Origin: Candidatus Krumholzibacteriia bacterium
GTDB lineage: Bacteria; Krumholzibacteriota; Krumholzibacteriia; Krumholzibacteriales; Krumholzibacteriaceae
Direction of reading: 5' to 3'
NCBI GenBank assembly: GCA_963836185.1
Contig: CAWIIQ010000001.1
Span: forward strand, 960,001-1,024,000
DNA: 64,000 bases
Of this stretch, positions 40,572-50,917 are shown one piece after another. The translations under genes were made by a program, and so were the position numbers. The notes under the pieces are model-generated. The model worked only from the letters and a program-made list of their open reading frames with translations, was not told the DNA's origin and made no database searches. The first letter of the stretch is position 1; every line of letters starts with the position of its first letter.

Positions 40572-41891
40572 ATGCCGAAAGCGGATAGAAGAACGAAGAA
40601 GGCGAAAAGTGCCGGGCCGATGAGCAGACCGCGGAAAAATAAATCGATCGATTCGATCGTTCTCGACCCCGTCCTGGGCTTGAGCGGCGACATGTTTCTA
40701 GGGTGCCTTTTCGCACTCGGCGCCGACAGGCGTGAGGTCGAGAGACAGGTCGCTACGATGCCGGGGCTCGAGAAGTTCAGTATCGTATCGGGCAGGGTAA
40801 AGCGCAGGGGAGTGACCGCTGTAAGGGCGAGAGTGATCTGTCCCGACAAGGCAAGGCCGAGGGACCTCGGGACGATCCTGTCCATGATAAAACGTTCGAA
40901 GCTCGGCAGGGGCGTGAAGGAAGCGGCCTCGAACGCGTTTATGGTGCTCGGCATGGCCGAAGGGAAGATACATGGTGTCCCCACCGACCATGTGCATTTC
41001 CACGAGGTCGGAGCAGTCGACTCAATTGTAGACATCGTCGGTACGGCTGTAGCACTTTCACTGCTGGGCTTTCCGAAGCTGTACCACAGGCCGTTTGTAC
41101 TCGGGAGCGGAACTATCACATTCTCTCACGGTACGCTCCCCCTTCCCGCGCCCGCGACTCTTGAGGTGTTGAAGAACAGGACAGTTTCGTTAGGTACCGT
41201 AGAGGGTGAGGTCGTCACACCCACCGGCGCGGCGCTTGCCGTGGCGTTCGCGAGGGAACTCCCGGCCGACATGCCGCTGCATATAGAAAAAGTGGTCTAT
41301 GCCGCCGGGACCCGTGAGAAGGGAGGCGAGCCGGGGATGCTCCGTGCCGCCGCCTGCTCCGGTGCCGCCTCGGGGTATGGAGCGGGGGGAAAAGAAGAGC
41401 ATCGGGGACTCGTCACTGTAATCAGGACGACTATCGATGATATGACGCCGGAGTTGTTCGGGTACGTACAGGAGAAGCTCCTCGAGGATGGAGCGCTCGA
41501 TGTCTTCATGTCTTCTGTCGCGATGAAGAAGAACAGGCCCGGTATTCTTCTTACCGTACTCTGTCAACCCGGCTCTGAGGAGAGGCTAGCAGGGGCGCTT
41601 TTCAGGGAGACCACCACGATAGGTGTAAGGATCGGGTACGAAGAGCGCATCGAACTCAAACGTACCGCCGATCATGTCGACACGCCGTTCGGCCGCATAG
41701 CGGTGAAGCGGGCCCTGCTTCCGGAGGGCGCGGTCAAGACCGCGCCTGAATATGAATCGTGCAGAAAAGCCGCAAAGAAACATGGCGTTAGTGTAAGGGA
41801 AGTGTTCGAGGCGGCTATCGCCGCGTCGATAACCGGAGTCCGCAGTGGTGGAGCAGACCGGAATAAACCATCGAAAAAGAAAAGGTCGTAG
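40572..41891 (+). CDS. larC: Nickel insertase LarC
   Basis: G.SGDMFLG, VHFHEVGAVDSIVD, HG.LP.PAPAT, TPTGA, MKKNRPG and PEYE. Confidence 0.95.
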   Translation: MPKADRRTKKAKSAGPMSRPRKNKSIDSIVLDPVLGLSGDMFLGCLFALGADRREVERQVATMPGLEKFSIVSGRVKRRGVTAVRARVICPDKARPRDLGTILSMIKRSKLGRGVKEAASNAFMVLGMAEGKIHGVPTDHVHFHEVGAVDSIVDIVGTAVALSLLGFPKLYHRPFVLGSGTITFSHGTLPLPAPATLEVLKNRTVSLGTVEGEVVTPTGAALAVAFARELPADMPLHIEKVVYAAGTREKGGEPGMLRAAACSGAASGYGAGGKEEHRGLVTVIRTTIDDMTPELFGYVQEKLLEDGALDVFMSSVAMKKNRPGILLTVLCQPGSEERLAGALFRETTTIGVRIGYEERIELKRTADHVDTPFGRIAVKRALLPEGAVKTAPEYESCRKAAKKHGVSVREVFEAAIAASITGVRSGGADRNKPSKKKRS

Positions 41892-41898
41892 AGAAAAA

Positions 41899-42654
41899 GT
41901 GAGACGCATTTATACAGCGATACTCTTTGCGGCTCTGGCTGCCTCGATAGCTTCGTGCGGCGGAGGGGGAAAGAGCGTCAGTACGGGGGAGCCGGCCAGT
42001 ACGGTTACCCACAAGGTCCTTCCCGGCGAGAGCTGGGAGTCGATCTCCGAGGATTTCTACGGTTCCACGGCCAGGGCGGAAGCGCTCGCGAATTTCAACG
42101 GAGCTGACCTGTCCGGGCAGCCGGCAGCGGGAAAGGGCATCAGTATTCCCCTGTCCCCCGATGACCTTGACATGCTGGATTCGAGACTGGATGCAGCCTC
42201 GATCTATAACGAGGGACTCGATCTGGTCGTAAATGGCAACTATGCAGGTGCCGTCGATAAATTCAGGGAAGCCCTGAAGCTGGACCCCGATCTTCACGAA
42301 GCGTCGTTCAATCTGGCCGTCACGTATCAGAAGCTCGGCCTTCAAAGCAATGCCGAGACCGTGCTCGAGGACCTCGTGACGAAAGAGCCGGGTAATGCCG
42401 AGTATTATTTCGCGCTGGGTAACGCGAGGTTTTACCAGGGTCACTACAGTAATGCCGCAAAGGCTTTTCGCCGGGCCCTCGACGTCGATCCGGGCTACCT
42501 GCGGGCGCTCTATTCTCTGGCGGTCTGCCAGGAGAAGATGGGCGATGAATCGAAGGCAATGGGGACATGGAGGAAATACCTCGAGCTTGATCCTGACAGC
42601 GAATGGGCTGACGAGGCAAGAGCGCGGCTCGGAACACTGGAAAAGAAGCGATGA
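41899..42654 (+). CDS. LysM + TPR lipoprotein
   Basis: Lipobox IASC, LysM HKVLPGESWESIS..FYG...LA.FN, then TPRs. Confidence 0.85.
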   Translation: MRRIYTAILFAALAASIASCGGGGKSVSTGEPASTVTHKVLPGESWESISEDFYGSTARAEALANFNGADLSGQPAAGKGISIPLSPDDLDMLDSRLDAASIYNEGLDLVVNGNYAGAVDKFREALKLDPDLHEASFNLAVTYQKLGLQSNAETVLEDLVTKEPGNAEYYFALGNARFYQGHYSNAAKAFRRALDVDPGYLRALYSLAVCQEKMGDESKAMGTWRKYLELDPDSEWADEARARLGTLEKKR

Positions 42655-42849
42655 TCCTGTTCGCCGAGGACGTGCGGACAGTAAAATATAACAGAATGCG
42701 GATAACAAAAAGCAATGCGCTGTGGACAGTGATTCGGTAAGCAGGGAAGCGCGTATGACAAGGGAGCAGATCACTGAGAAGGTCTCCTGGACCAAGACAT
42801 CTCTGGAAGTCGAAGGCAGGATGATCACTCTTACATCGGAGGAACGGGG

Positions 42850-44571
42850 ATGAAAGTCCGACTCCTGGAAGTGGCAATGATCATGGGCGCCGCCGCCACG
42901 GCTTTCAGTTCATGCGGTAAGGATGTGGAAATGGAATTCGGAATGTTCGTGGAAAAACATGTCAGGGAGGTATCGCCTCTTGAGAAAGAGGGGTCGATCG
43001 CCCATTGGAATGCTGCATTGAGCGGAACGGAAGAGGACTTCAGGAAGTACTCCGATATCAGGCTGAAGATGGAGAAGATTTACTCCGATAAAAGTTCGTT
43101 CGAACTGGTCCGTGACGCGCGAGATTCAGGCAAGCTCAAGGACCCTCTGGTGATAAGAATGGCGGAGGTCCTGTATCTCAGGTACCTGGGCAATCAGACC
43201 GATCCGCAGCTTCTCGAGAGCATCGTCAACCTCTCGGGGAAGGTGGAGAACAGGTTCAACGTCTTCAGGGCCGAGGTCGACGGCGAAAAACTTACATCCA
43301 ATGATGTCAACGCGGTCCTGCGGGAGAGTACGGACAGTGAATATCGAAGAGTCGTCTGGGAAGCGAGCAAGGCTGTTGGAAAAGAGGTCGTAGGCGATCT
43401 GCTGGAGCTTGTACGGTGGCGTAATGAAATGGCACGTGAAGCCGGATTCGACAACTATCATTCGATGTCGCTCGCTCTGAGCGAGCAGGACGAAGAGTCA
43501 CTCGCAGTGCTTTTCGACGAACTCGACGAACTGACAGCGGAACCATTCAGAATGTTGAAGGACGAGATCGATGGAAAACTGGCCGAACAGTTCGGGATAT
43601 CCGTGGACGATATCCGCCCGTGGCATTACAGCGATCCTTTCTTTCAGGAAACTCCCTCGGGAGGGATGGTCGGGCTCGACCGATATTTCAGTGAACGTGA
43701 CATAGTCGCCATCGCGGCTGATTTTTATGAAAGCATAGGAATGCCGGTCGGCGATGTGATCGCCGCGTCCGACCTCTATGAAAAGGAAGGCAAGAACCCG
43801 CACGCGTTCTGCACCGATATCGACAGGGATGGCGACATCAGGATACTCTGCAATGTGAAGGATAACATCTACTGGATGGAGACGATGCTTCACGAACTCG
43901 GGCATGCTGTCTACGACAAGTATATTCATCGTGACCTGACATGGCTGCTCAGGTCGTATCCTCATCTCGCGACAACCGAGGCTTCGGCGATGTATTTCGG
44001 CAGACTCGCCCAGGATCCGAACTGGATCGGGGCCGCGCTTGGGCTCGACCGTGAGGAGCAGGACAGGCTGGCGCCCATGGTCGAGAGTTCCCTTAGAGCG
44101 AGGCAGCTGATATTCACACGCTGGACTCAGGTGATGTTCCGTTTCGAGAAGGAGCTTTACAGAGATCCCGACGGTGACCTGAATACGATCTGGTGGGACC
44201 TGGTCGAGAAATACCAGCTTGTGCGTCGGCCCGATGGACGAGATGAGCCGGATTGGGCGGCGAAGATCCACATAGTATCGAGCCCCGTCTACTATCACAA
44301 CTATATGCTTGGCGAAATGATCGCCTCACAGTTTCACCACCATGTTCTGACAAAAATCGATGAAGGTGTGGCCGAACGGGGCATCTACGGCAACCTGGCT
44401 GTCGGAGAGTTCTTCCGCGAAAAGGTCTTCAGGCCGGGGAACATAGATCCCTGGACGGAGCACATCGAGAAGATCACGGGTGAACCCCTTCAGGCGAAGT
44501 ATTTCGTGGAACAGTTCGTATGGCGGAACGCGGGGCAGGACGGGGAGCGAAACGTGGGGGGCGGAGATTGA
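42850..44571 (+). CDS. M2/M3-type zinc metallopeptidase lipoprotein (peptidyl-dipeptidase-like)
   Basis: Lipobox FSSC, HELGH, a downstream E and KIH...P.YYHNY. Confidence 0.88.
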   Translation: MKVRLLEVAMIMGAAATAFSSCGKDVEMEFGMFVEKHVREVSPLEKEGSIAHWNAALSGTEEDFRKYSDIRLKMEKIYSDKSSFELVRDARDSGKLKDPLVIRMAEVLYLRYLGNQTDPQLLESIVNLSGKVENRFNVFRAEVDGEKLTSNDVNAVLRESTDSEYRRVVWEASKAVGKEVVGDLLELVRWRNEMAREAGFDNYHSMSLALSEQDEESLAVLFDELDELTAEPFRMLKDEIDGKLAEQFGISVDDIRPWHYSDPFFQETPSGGMVGLDRYFSERDIVAIAADFYESIGMPVGDVIAASDLYEKEGKNPHAFCTDIDRDGDIRILCNVKDNIYWMETMLHELGHAVYDKYIHRDLTWLLRSYPHLATTEASAMYFGRLAQDPNWIGAALGLDREEQDRLAPMVESSLRARQLIFTRWTQVMFRFEKELYRDPDGDLNTIWWDLVEKYQLVRRPDGRDEPDWAAKIHIVSSPVYYHNYMLGEMIASQFHHHVLTKIDEGVAERGIYGNLAVGEFFREKVFRPGNIDPWTEHIEKITGEPLQAKYFVEQFVWRNAGQDGERNVGGGD

Positions 44572-45410
44572 TCTGGCTTCTTCCCGCCGCGCTCTGTTCC
44601 ATCTCGATAGCGGCGATTCTCAAGATAAACGAACGACGCGGGGGAGACCGGCTGCTGCTGGCGGGTGCCAACTATTTGTTTGCCTCTGTACTTGCCTTCA
44701 TTATCCTTCGCGGCGGTGTGAGTCTGCCTTCCACCGGGACGCTTGTGCTCGGCGCCGTGACGGGTATCATCTACGTGCTGGGTTTTCTCCTTCTTATGGC
44801 CGGGATCGCCAAGGGGCCGCTCGCCGTTTCTGTAACGGTCATGCGTCTGTCTGTAGCTGTTCCTGTGGTAGTCGCGATATTTCTCTGGAATGAGACTCCC
44901 GGGCCGCTCCAGTGGGTAGGCCTTGCAGCAGGTTCTGTAGCGATCGTCCTCTTCGGGTTCGGCATTAAAGCCCAGGACGGGGACCGGCATACAGGAGCGG
45001 GATTCTGGATCCTGATGGTAACGATGTTTGCCGTCATGGGAACAGGTGATATCCTGCTCAAGGCATTCCGGGAGATGTCTCCCGATTCGGAAAGACTCGT
45101 GTTCACCTTCCTGTTGTTCACATCAGCCGCTGTTTTTACCTGGCTTGTGATCTTCATCCGCCGTGTTCCGTTCAACCGTTCAACATTCTTTCTGGGATTC
45201 CTTCTCGGAGTACCCAACCTGTTCAGCACAGTTTTCACTCTGCTGGCGCTTCGTGGAGTGCAGGCTTCGATAGCGTTTCCCTTTATAAATCTCACCGTTA
45301 TATTCGGATCGACTATTCTCGCTCTCGTAGCATGGAAAGAAAAACTCGGGCCCGTAGCTACGGCAGGGCTCGTAGTGGCGGCGCTGGCCCTGATCCTCCT
45401 GCCGATGTGA
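44568..45410 (+). CDS. DMT/EamA family transporter
   Basis: About 10 TM helices with W.E.P and WKEK motifs; TTG start overlaps the upstream stop. Confidence 0.85.
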   Translation: MIWLLPAALCSISIAAILKINERRGGDRLLLAGANYLFASVLAFIILRGGVSLPSTGTLVLGAVTGIIYVLGFLLLMAGIAKGPLAVSVTVMRLSVAVPVVVAIFLWNETPGPLQWVGLAAGSVAIVLFGFGIKAQDGDRHTGAGFWILMVTMFAVMGTGDILLKAFREMSPDSERLVFTFLLFTSAAVFTWLVIFIRRVPFNRSTFFLGFLLGVPNLFSTVFTLLALRGVQASIAFPFINLTVIFGSTILALVAWKEKLGPVATAGLVVAALALILLPM

Positions 45411-45656
45411 TCTTGCCTGATAGGCGGCGTCAAAGATCTCCCGGTAATTTACATAAATACAATAAGTTCCAGCGCAGCGTCGATATGCGGCCGAAGGTTC
45501 TGCGTGAAGTCCGATATTTTACGCATGAATCGACCAGTCGGTGCGTTTATATAGAGAGGAGGCCGGGATCGACCGGCTGTGAATCTCAGAGAACAAGGCC
45601 GTCCGGATGAATCCGCCGGAATGTAAAATGGCGGGACGGGGAAAGGACACTGACTG

Positions 45657-46364
45657 ATGAAGAAGATCTTGATACTTGCAATAGCTATTGCGGTCATACT
45701 GCCCTCAGCGGCTTCCGCAAAGGATCCAAGCCTTTTCAGCATATACCTCAAGGATCGCACCACGGAGAATTTCCTGAAGGCGTTCGAACATTATGAGAGC
45801 CTGAGAGCGGATACTGCCAATTACAGCGCCGCTGTAATACTGGCCTACATGAGTCTTATCGAGCTTGAGAAGAATCTCGGGATGCTTGAAGAGAATATGG
45901 ATGATCTGACAAACAAGAATATGTTCAGCTATGCGAACATCCTTCTCGAGCTTGACAGGTACGATGAATCTATCGCCATCTACGAGGTCCTCAATGAGAA
46001 GACCCCCAAGTGGTCATGCCCCTGGCGCCACAAGGGAGAGGCACTCTGGAAGAAGGGCGACCTTGACGGCGCAGTCATAGCGCTTAACAAGGCGATCGAG
46101 ACTCGTGAGACTCACTACGATGCTTATGTGATGCTTGCTGAGGTCTACAATGATCTGGACGAGTGTGAAACAGCTCTCGAGACTCTTGAAAAGGGGCTTA
46201 CATATTACGGCAAGGATATCGAGGATCCCGAAAAGGAAGTCTCGAATATTGATGTCGCTTTTCTGCACCTCGAGCTCCTCGAGAAGTGCGGCGATAAGGC
46301 TGACTACGACGAGCTTCTTGAGAAGATCAAGAGCATCGCTCCGGATGACGAGCGATTGAAATAG
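45657..46364 (+). CDS. Secreted TPR protein
   Basis: Signal peptide and TPR repeats. Confidence 0.85.
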   Translation: MKKILILAIAIAVILPSAASAKDPSLFSIYLKDRTTENFLKAFEHYESLRADTANYSAAVILAYMSLIELEKNLGMLEENMDDLTNKNMFSYANILLELDRYDESIAIYEVLNEKTPKWSCPWRHKGEALWKKGDLDGAVIALNKAIETRETHYDAYVMLAEVYNDLDECETALETLEKGLTYYGKDIEDPEKEVSNIDVAFLHLELLEKCGDKADYDELLEKIKSIAPDDERLK

Positions 46365-46395
46365 ATTTTCACCTCAGCGGACCGTTGGTGAAATT

Positions 46396-46427
46396 GGGCG
46401 TGCCGGTCGGCGGCGCGCCCCTTTTTT
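46396..46427 (+). terminator. Intrinsic terminator
   Basis: GGGCGTGCCG-GTCGG-CGGCGCGCCC-TTTTTTT. Confidence 0.85.
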
Positions 46428-46577
46428 ATATCTCATGGTATTCTGAATGGCTATATTGGGGGAGTGTGAACCTGGATCTTGATACGAGGTGTCGGGGCGC
46501 TTCTCGCGCCCTGATTTTCATGATTCTTGCATGAATCCATATAAATGTGCCGGCAACGCCTGCAAGGGGGATATGAG

Positions 46578-47507
46578 ATGAGTAAAACGACTAAATACAA
46601 AGCACTTATGATTGTTGTGGCCGTGGCGGGCCTGATGTTCATGTCGTGCAGTTCCGACGATGCATCGCCGACTTCTGTCAAAGATGACGATGATAACGGT
46701 GGAACCGGAGGAGGAGATATCAGCATGATTATGGATCATACATGCTGCGATATATCGGCTGTTCCGCGCTCGGCCATCCAGGGCGCAATCGACAATCTCC
46801 ACATCGCCTATGGGCATACGTCTCACGGGAGTCAGCTCACTACGGGTATGGACCGGCTGGCGAATTTCCTGGGCGACGACCTGTATAATTACAGCAACGG
46901 AGGCGTGGACGGGACACTCGATCTGCATGACTATGCTTTCAATTCGTACGGTGCGACTGATCTGGGCGCTCCCGACCGGACGACATGGGCTACGGCGACG
47001 AGAGGCTATCTCGACGATAATCCTGATGTAAACGTGGTGATATGGTCGTGGTGCGGCCAGGTGAGTTCTGCTACTGCGCAGGATATTCAGACATACCTCG
47101 ATCTGATGAACCAGCTGGAGATAGACTACCCCGCCGTTGCTTTCGTCTACATGACAGGGCATCTGGACGGATCAGGTGAGACCGGTAATCTTCACCTGAG
47201 GAACGAACAGATCCGGGCGTACTGTGAAGCTAACGACAAAATACTTTATGACTTCGCTGACATTGAATCGTACGATCCGGACGGTGCCTACTATCTCGAT
47301 ATGGCTGCCAACGACGCCTGCGAGTACGACAGTGACAGCAACGGGTCTCGTGAATCGAACTGGGCGATCGACTGGCAGAACGCCCACACGGTCGATGTCG
47401 ATTGGTACAGCTGTAATTCCGCGCACAGTCAGCCTCTCAACGCGAATCGCAAGGCGTATGCTGCCTGGCACCTGTGGGCGAGGCTCGGAGGTTGGGACGG
47501 CGAATAA
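46578..47507 (+). CDS. Lipoprotein of unknown function (possible SGNH-like hydrolase)
   Basis: Lipobox FMSC; motifs YGHTSHGSQ, WSWCG, YMTGH, DFADIES and AHS. Confidence 0.75.
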   Translation: MSKTTKYKALMIVVAVAGLMFMSCSSDDASPTSVKDDDDNGGTGGGDISMIMDHTCCDISAVPRSAIQGAIDNLHIAYGHTSHGSQLTTGMDRLANFLGDDLYNYSNGGVDGTLDLHDYAFNSYGATDLGAPDRTTWATATRGYLDDNPDVNVVIWSWCGQVSSATAQDIQTYLDLMNQLEIDYPAVAFVYMTGHLDGSGETGNLHLRNEQIRAYCEANDKILYDFADIESYDPDGAYYLDMAANDACEYDSDSNGSRESNWAIDWQNAHTVDVDWYSCNSAHSQPLNANRKAYAAWHLWARLGGWDGE

Positions 47508-47509
47508 AC

Positions 47510-47593
47510 ATTCGACTATATGCAGTGAACGGTGACCGAAATGTTCACTGAAATACCGTGAGCGGGCACTGACAGGTTCACTGAAATACAGTG
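47510..47593. repeat. Degenerate 33-bp-period repeat with a palindromic core
   Basis: GTTCACTGAAATAC(C/A)GTG at 47543 and 47576, plus a degenerate copy at 47510. Confidence 0.65.
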
Positions 47594-47661
47594 TAAAAGT
47601 AAACAAAGCCCCCTATAATCGGTTTCGTATCAGATGATATGAAACTGTAAGGGGGCTTTTC

Positions 47662-48102
47662 ATGAGGCATCGTTCCGTTTTCGCGATACTCCTGCTTCTT
47701 CTTGTCGTTTTCTTTGCTTCGACTGCTGTTGTCACCACAAATTCAAATGAAGTGTCCGGAAAGAACCGCATATCAATTCTCTGGACCAGCGGTGATCCGG
47801 CGGTAGCAGAGCATGTCGTGATGCCGTATTCATTCTATTCAAAGAAGGCCGGCTGGTTCGACGACGTTCGGCTGATAGTCTGGGGACCGTCTTCGAAGCT
47901 ATTGTCCGAAAATGAAGACTTGCAGAAAAAGATCGTCGAATTGCAGGAGGCCGGCGTGAAAGTAGAAGCATGTGTAATGTGCGCTGACTCTTATGGTGTT
48001 AGCGATAAGTTCAGAGAGATGGGTATCGAAGTGATACCTATGGGCCAGCCCCTTTCCGATCGCCTGAAGTCGGACGGTGAGTGGAAGGTAATAACGTTCT
48101 GA
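47662..48102 (+). CDS. DsrE-family protein with a signal peptide
   Basis: ILWT, L.VWGPS.KL and AC..CAD.YG. Confidence 0.82.
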   Translation: MRHRSVFAILLLLLVVFFASTAVVTTNSNEVSGKNRISILWTSGDPAVAEHVVMPYSFYSKKAGWFDDVRLIVWGPSSKLLSENEDLQKKIVELQEAGVKVEACVMCADSYGVSDKFREMGIEVIPMGQPLSDRLKSDGEWKVITF

Positions 48103-48121
48103 TAACAGGAAAGGATTTCGC

Positions 48122-48998
48122 ATGTACTGGTCCGGTTACACTCGCAGGATCATTTTGATCCTGGCCCTGTTCACAGTCTTATCCGTTGTAACCACCTCTC
48201 CTTCAGGAGCTTTTCACCTTGTGAAAAAGTGGGCCACGGATCCGGTCTTTGACGTGCCTGAATCAGTGTGCTGGGATTTCGACAGGGAGATCCTCTACGT
48301 TTCGAATATAGCCGGCAATCCGGGTGAGAAGGACGGCGAGGGATTCATCTCCAGGGTCTCGATAGATGGGGAAGTGAAAAAGCTCAGATGGGTCACAGGA
48401 CTGAACGCCCCAAAGGGAATGGCTGTTTACGGCGGAAAGATATATGTAAGCGATATCGATGAACTCGCCGTGATCGATATCAGAACGGACAAGGTGGTAG
48501 AGCGTTATCCGGCAGAGGGAGCTGTCTTTCTCAATGACGTCGCGGCAGACAGGAAAGGAAACATCTACGTATCCGATTCATCCAGAGGGAACAGCGTCAT
48601 CTACAGGTTCGCGGATGGAGAACTCGAAGTCTGGTTGCGGCACAAGGATATACAGAGTCCCAACGGGTTGTTCGTCGACGGCAATCGGCTCGTGGTGGGG
48701 AACTCGGGAGATGCCACGACTCAAGGCCGTGGATCTCAAGAGCAAAAAGGTTACAACAGCTGTAAATGTAGGGTCGTCGGTCGACGGCGTGAAGGTCGAT
48801 TCAAAGGGGAATTATATCGTTACAGACTGGAAAGGCAGAACTGCCCTGATAGAGCCCGAAGGCGGGATATATATACTCATCGATACAAGGTCGGAGGGGG
48901 TAAATGCCGCTGATATAGAACTCGTGGACGAATATGACATGGTAGTGATCCCGACCTTTTCGGATAATCGGGTCGTAGCGACAAAACTTATCTATTGA
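48122..48998 (+). CDS. Secreted SMP-30/gluconolactonase-like beta-propeller protein, +1 frameshift near 48716
   Basis: PESV, YVSNI, GLNAPKG, FLNDV and PNG. Continues in the next frame as RLKAVDL...DG...AADI...IPTF. Confidence 0.85.
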
Positions 48999-49010
48999 AA
49001 GGAAATCGCG

Positions 49011-49430
49011 ATGAAGAGTTACCGCAAGGAATTGTGGTTCAGTATACCGACAAGAAGGGCGATGATAAACATCACTCCGCATGTTGACGAATGCCTGGCA
49101 GAGAGCGGGATATCGGAAGGACTCTGCCTTGTCAACGCGATGCATATTACTGCATCTGTATTCATAAACGATGACGAGAGTGGATTACATTCAGATTACG
49201 AGCAATGGCTGGAGAAGCTTGCTCCACACGAGCCGGTCAGTGCGTACCGTCACAATCGTACGGGTGAGGATAATGGTGACGCGCACCTGAAACGGCAGGT
49301 GATGGGACGTGAGGTAGTGGTTGCCGTTACTGAGGGAGCGCTTGATTTCGGGCCCTGGGAGCAGATCTTCTACGGAGAATTCGACGGTCGCCGTAAAAAA
49401 CGAGTATTGGTAAAGATTATCGGGGAATAA
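49011..49430 (+). CDS. yjbQ: YjbQ/UPF0047 secondary thiamine-phosphate synthase family protein
   Basis: [17 protein letters not shown] and [13 protein letters not shown]. Confidence 0.93.
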   Translation: MKSYRKELWFSIPTRRAMINITPHVDECLAESGISEGLCLVNAMHITASVFINDDESGLHSDYEQWLEKLAPHEPVSAYRHNRTGEDNGDAHLKRQVMGREVVVAVTEGALDFGPWEQIFYGEFDGRRKKRVLVKIIGE

Positions 49431-50853
49431 GGACATTCAAGCGCCAGCTGCCTGCGTAAGGTCTTGTGTGCTGAATCAAGTGCTGGCACCGGGCAGGTTC
49501 GTTCCAGCGTCCAATCGATCTCTTGGCTTGTTTGATGGAACTTTGCCATATGCTTTCCGGCATAATCTTCACCGGATTCCTTGACATACTGCTCCATGTG
49601 CTTCTTTCCGTAGGCCCTCTCGGCCTCGAGCCGGTTGTGCTTCCCGCACAGCAGCCTGAGATTCTCCGGTGAGTCGTCCCCGCCCCTGGCAAAGGGGACC
49701 TTGTGGTCTATCTGCAGGTCCCAGGTAGACCCGCATCTCCTGCCGCCGGGGGAGACAAAGGAACATCGTCCCCTGTCCCTGGCGTATACCTCGTCACGGA
49801 CCTTCCGGGGGATATACCGCGATTGATCAGGGGCCCTGTCTGACCTGGGATCCTGTATGTTCGATTTTACGGCAGCAGGCAACGACGATCCCTTCTCGGT
49901 CCTCTTCTCCCTCTTCTCTTTTCTCCTGATCCTCCCCTCAGGGCTTTGTCTTTCGATGTACTCGTCCATCAGAAGAGAGAAGAGCTCGCCCAGCTCAAGA
50001 TGCCTGTGATACTTCGAGGAGAGAAGAGAACGGACCCTCTCGACCTTTCGCATGAAGTCGGGGTCCGCTCCGAACGTGACCTTCAGCCTCTCCTCGAAAA
50101 CCACTGTCTGCGCGGCGAAGGGCCTGCTGCCAGTATCAGGGCTGGCTGCCGGCCCTTCGCCGCTGCCAGCTCTGCTCCCCTTCGAAGTGGCAGGATTTTT
50201 ACCGCCACCGGTGGCGGTGGAGAATTTACCACCCCCGTCTAACGTGTTGTCTCCGAGGCTGTTGCGATCGTATCGTCTTGTCTCCGTCACTCTTACGGCA
50301 CAGTCTTGTCTCCGCTGCTCTTGCGATCGTCGTCTTTTACAGCTAGCAGCGTTTTTACATATACAGGGGTGACCCTGTCTCGGATAGCGCTCTTAGGCCT
50401 GCGGCTGCTGACAAGAAGCTCGACCTCTCTCTTCGAGGCTCCCTCTATCCGGCAAAGAAGATCAGAGACATTCTCCGGGGTCATGATCCTGGTGACCATC
50501 GCGAGGTTGGTCATGCTGACCTTCCCGCAGGAGAGCGAGCGGTAGACAGCCGGGTAGTCCCTGATGCACCTGGCGATACTTATCCTCCTGCTGGCCGTGG
50601 ACTCGGAGTATCCGAGACGCTCCGTGCAGAACTCATAGAGAGAGCTGAAGCCGAGAGGAAGATAGAGCTTTCTTCTGTCTATCTCGATCAGGTGGACGAG
50701 GATAGAAAGCACGGTCTTTCTCTCAGTCTCAGAGAGCTTACGTATACCGGATAGAAGGGCCCTGTTTGAGACAGACTTCAGGGCTTTTACTTCCGGGATG
50801 GTCTTTGTGGATCTACTGCTGGAACGGATCGAGCTCTTCGTCGTCCTCATCAT
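49370..50853 (-). CDS. DUF222-like/HNH endonuclease, split by frameshift(s) around 50270-50300
   Basis: N-terminal part [18 protein letters not shown]...LGYSE..A.RR; C-terminal part SRYIP..VR..V..RD..RC...C.....LQIDH..P...GG.....NL.LLC..HN. Confidence 0.85.
50244..50329 (-). repeat. Three imperfect ~27-30-bp repeats in the HNH linker (RKSxGDKT)
   Basis: CGGAGACAA cores spaced 28 and 31 bp apart. Confidence 0.7.
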
Positions 50854-50917
50854 CGTCACCTCCGGGTGAGATCAGGTATTTATCTCTGCCCCCCATTTGC
50901 CCTCTCCATCTGAGGAC

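Noticed and set aside
47510-47593. Possible mini-CRISPR array
   Set aside because: The units are only 18 bp, the 15-bp spacers resemble each other, and no cas genes are present
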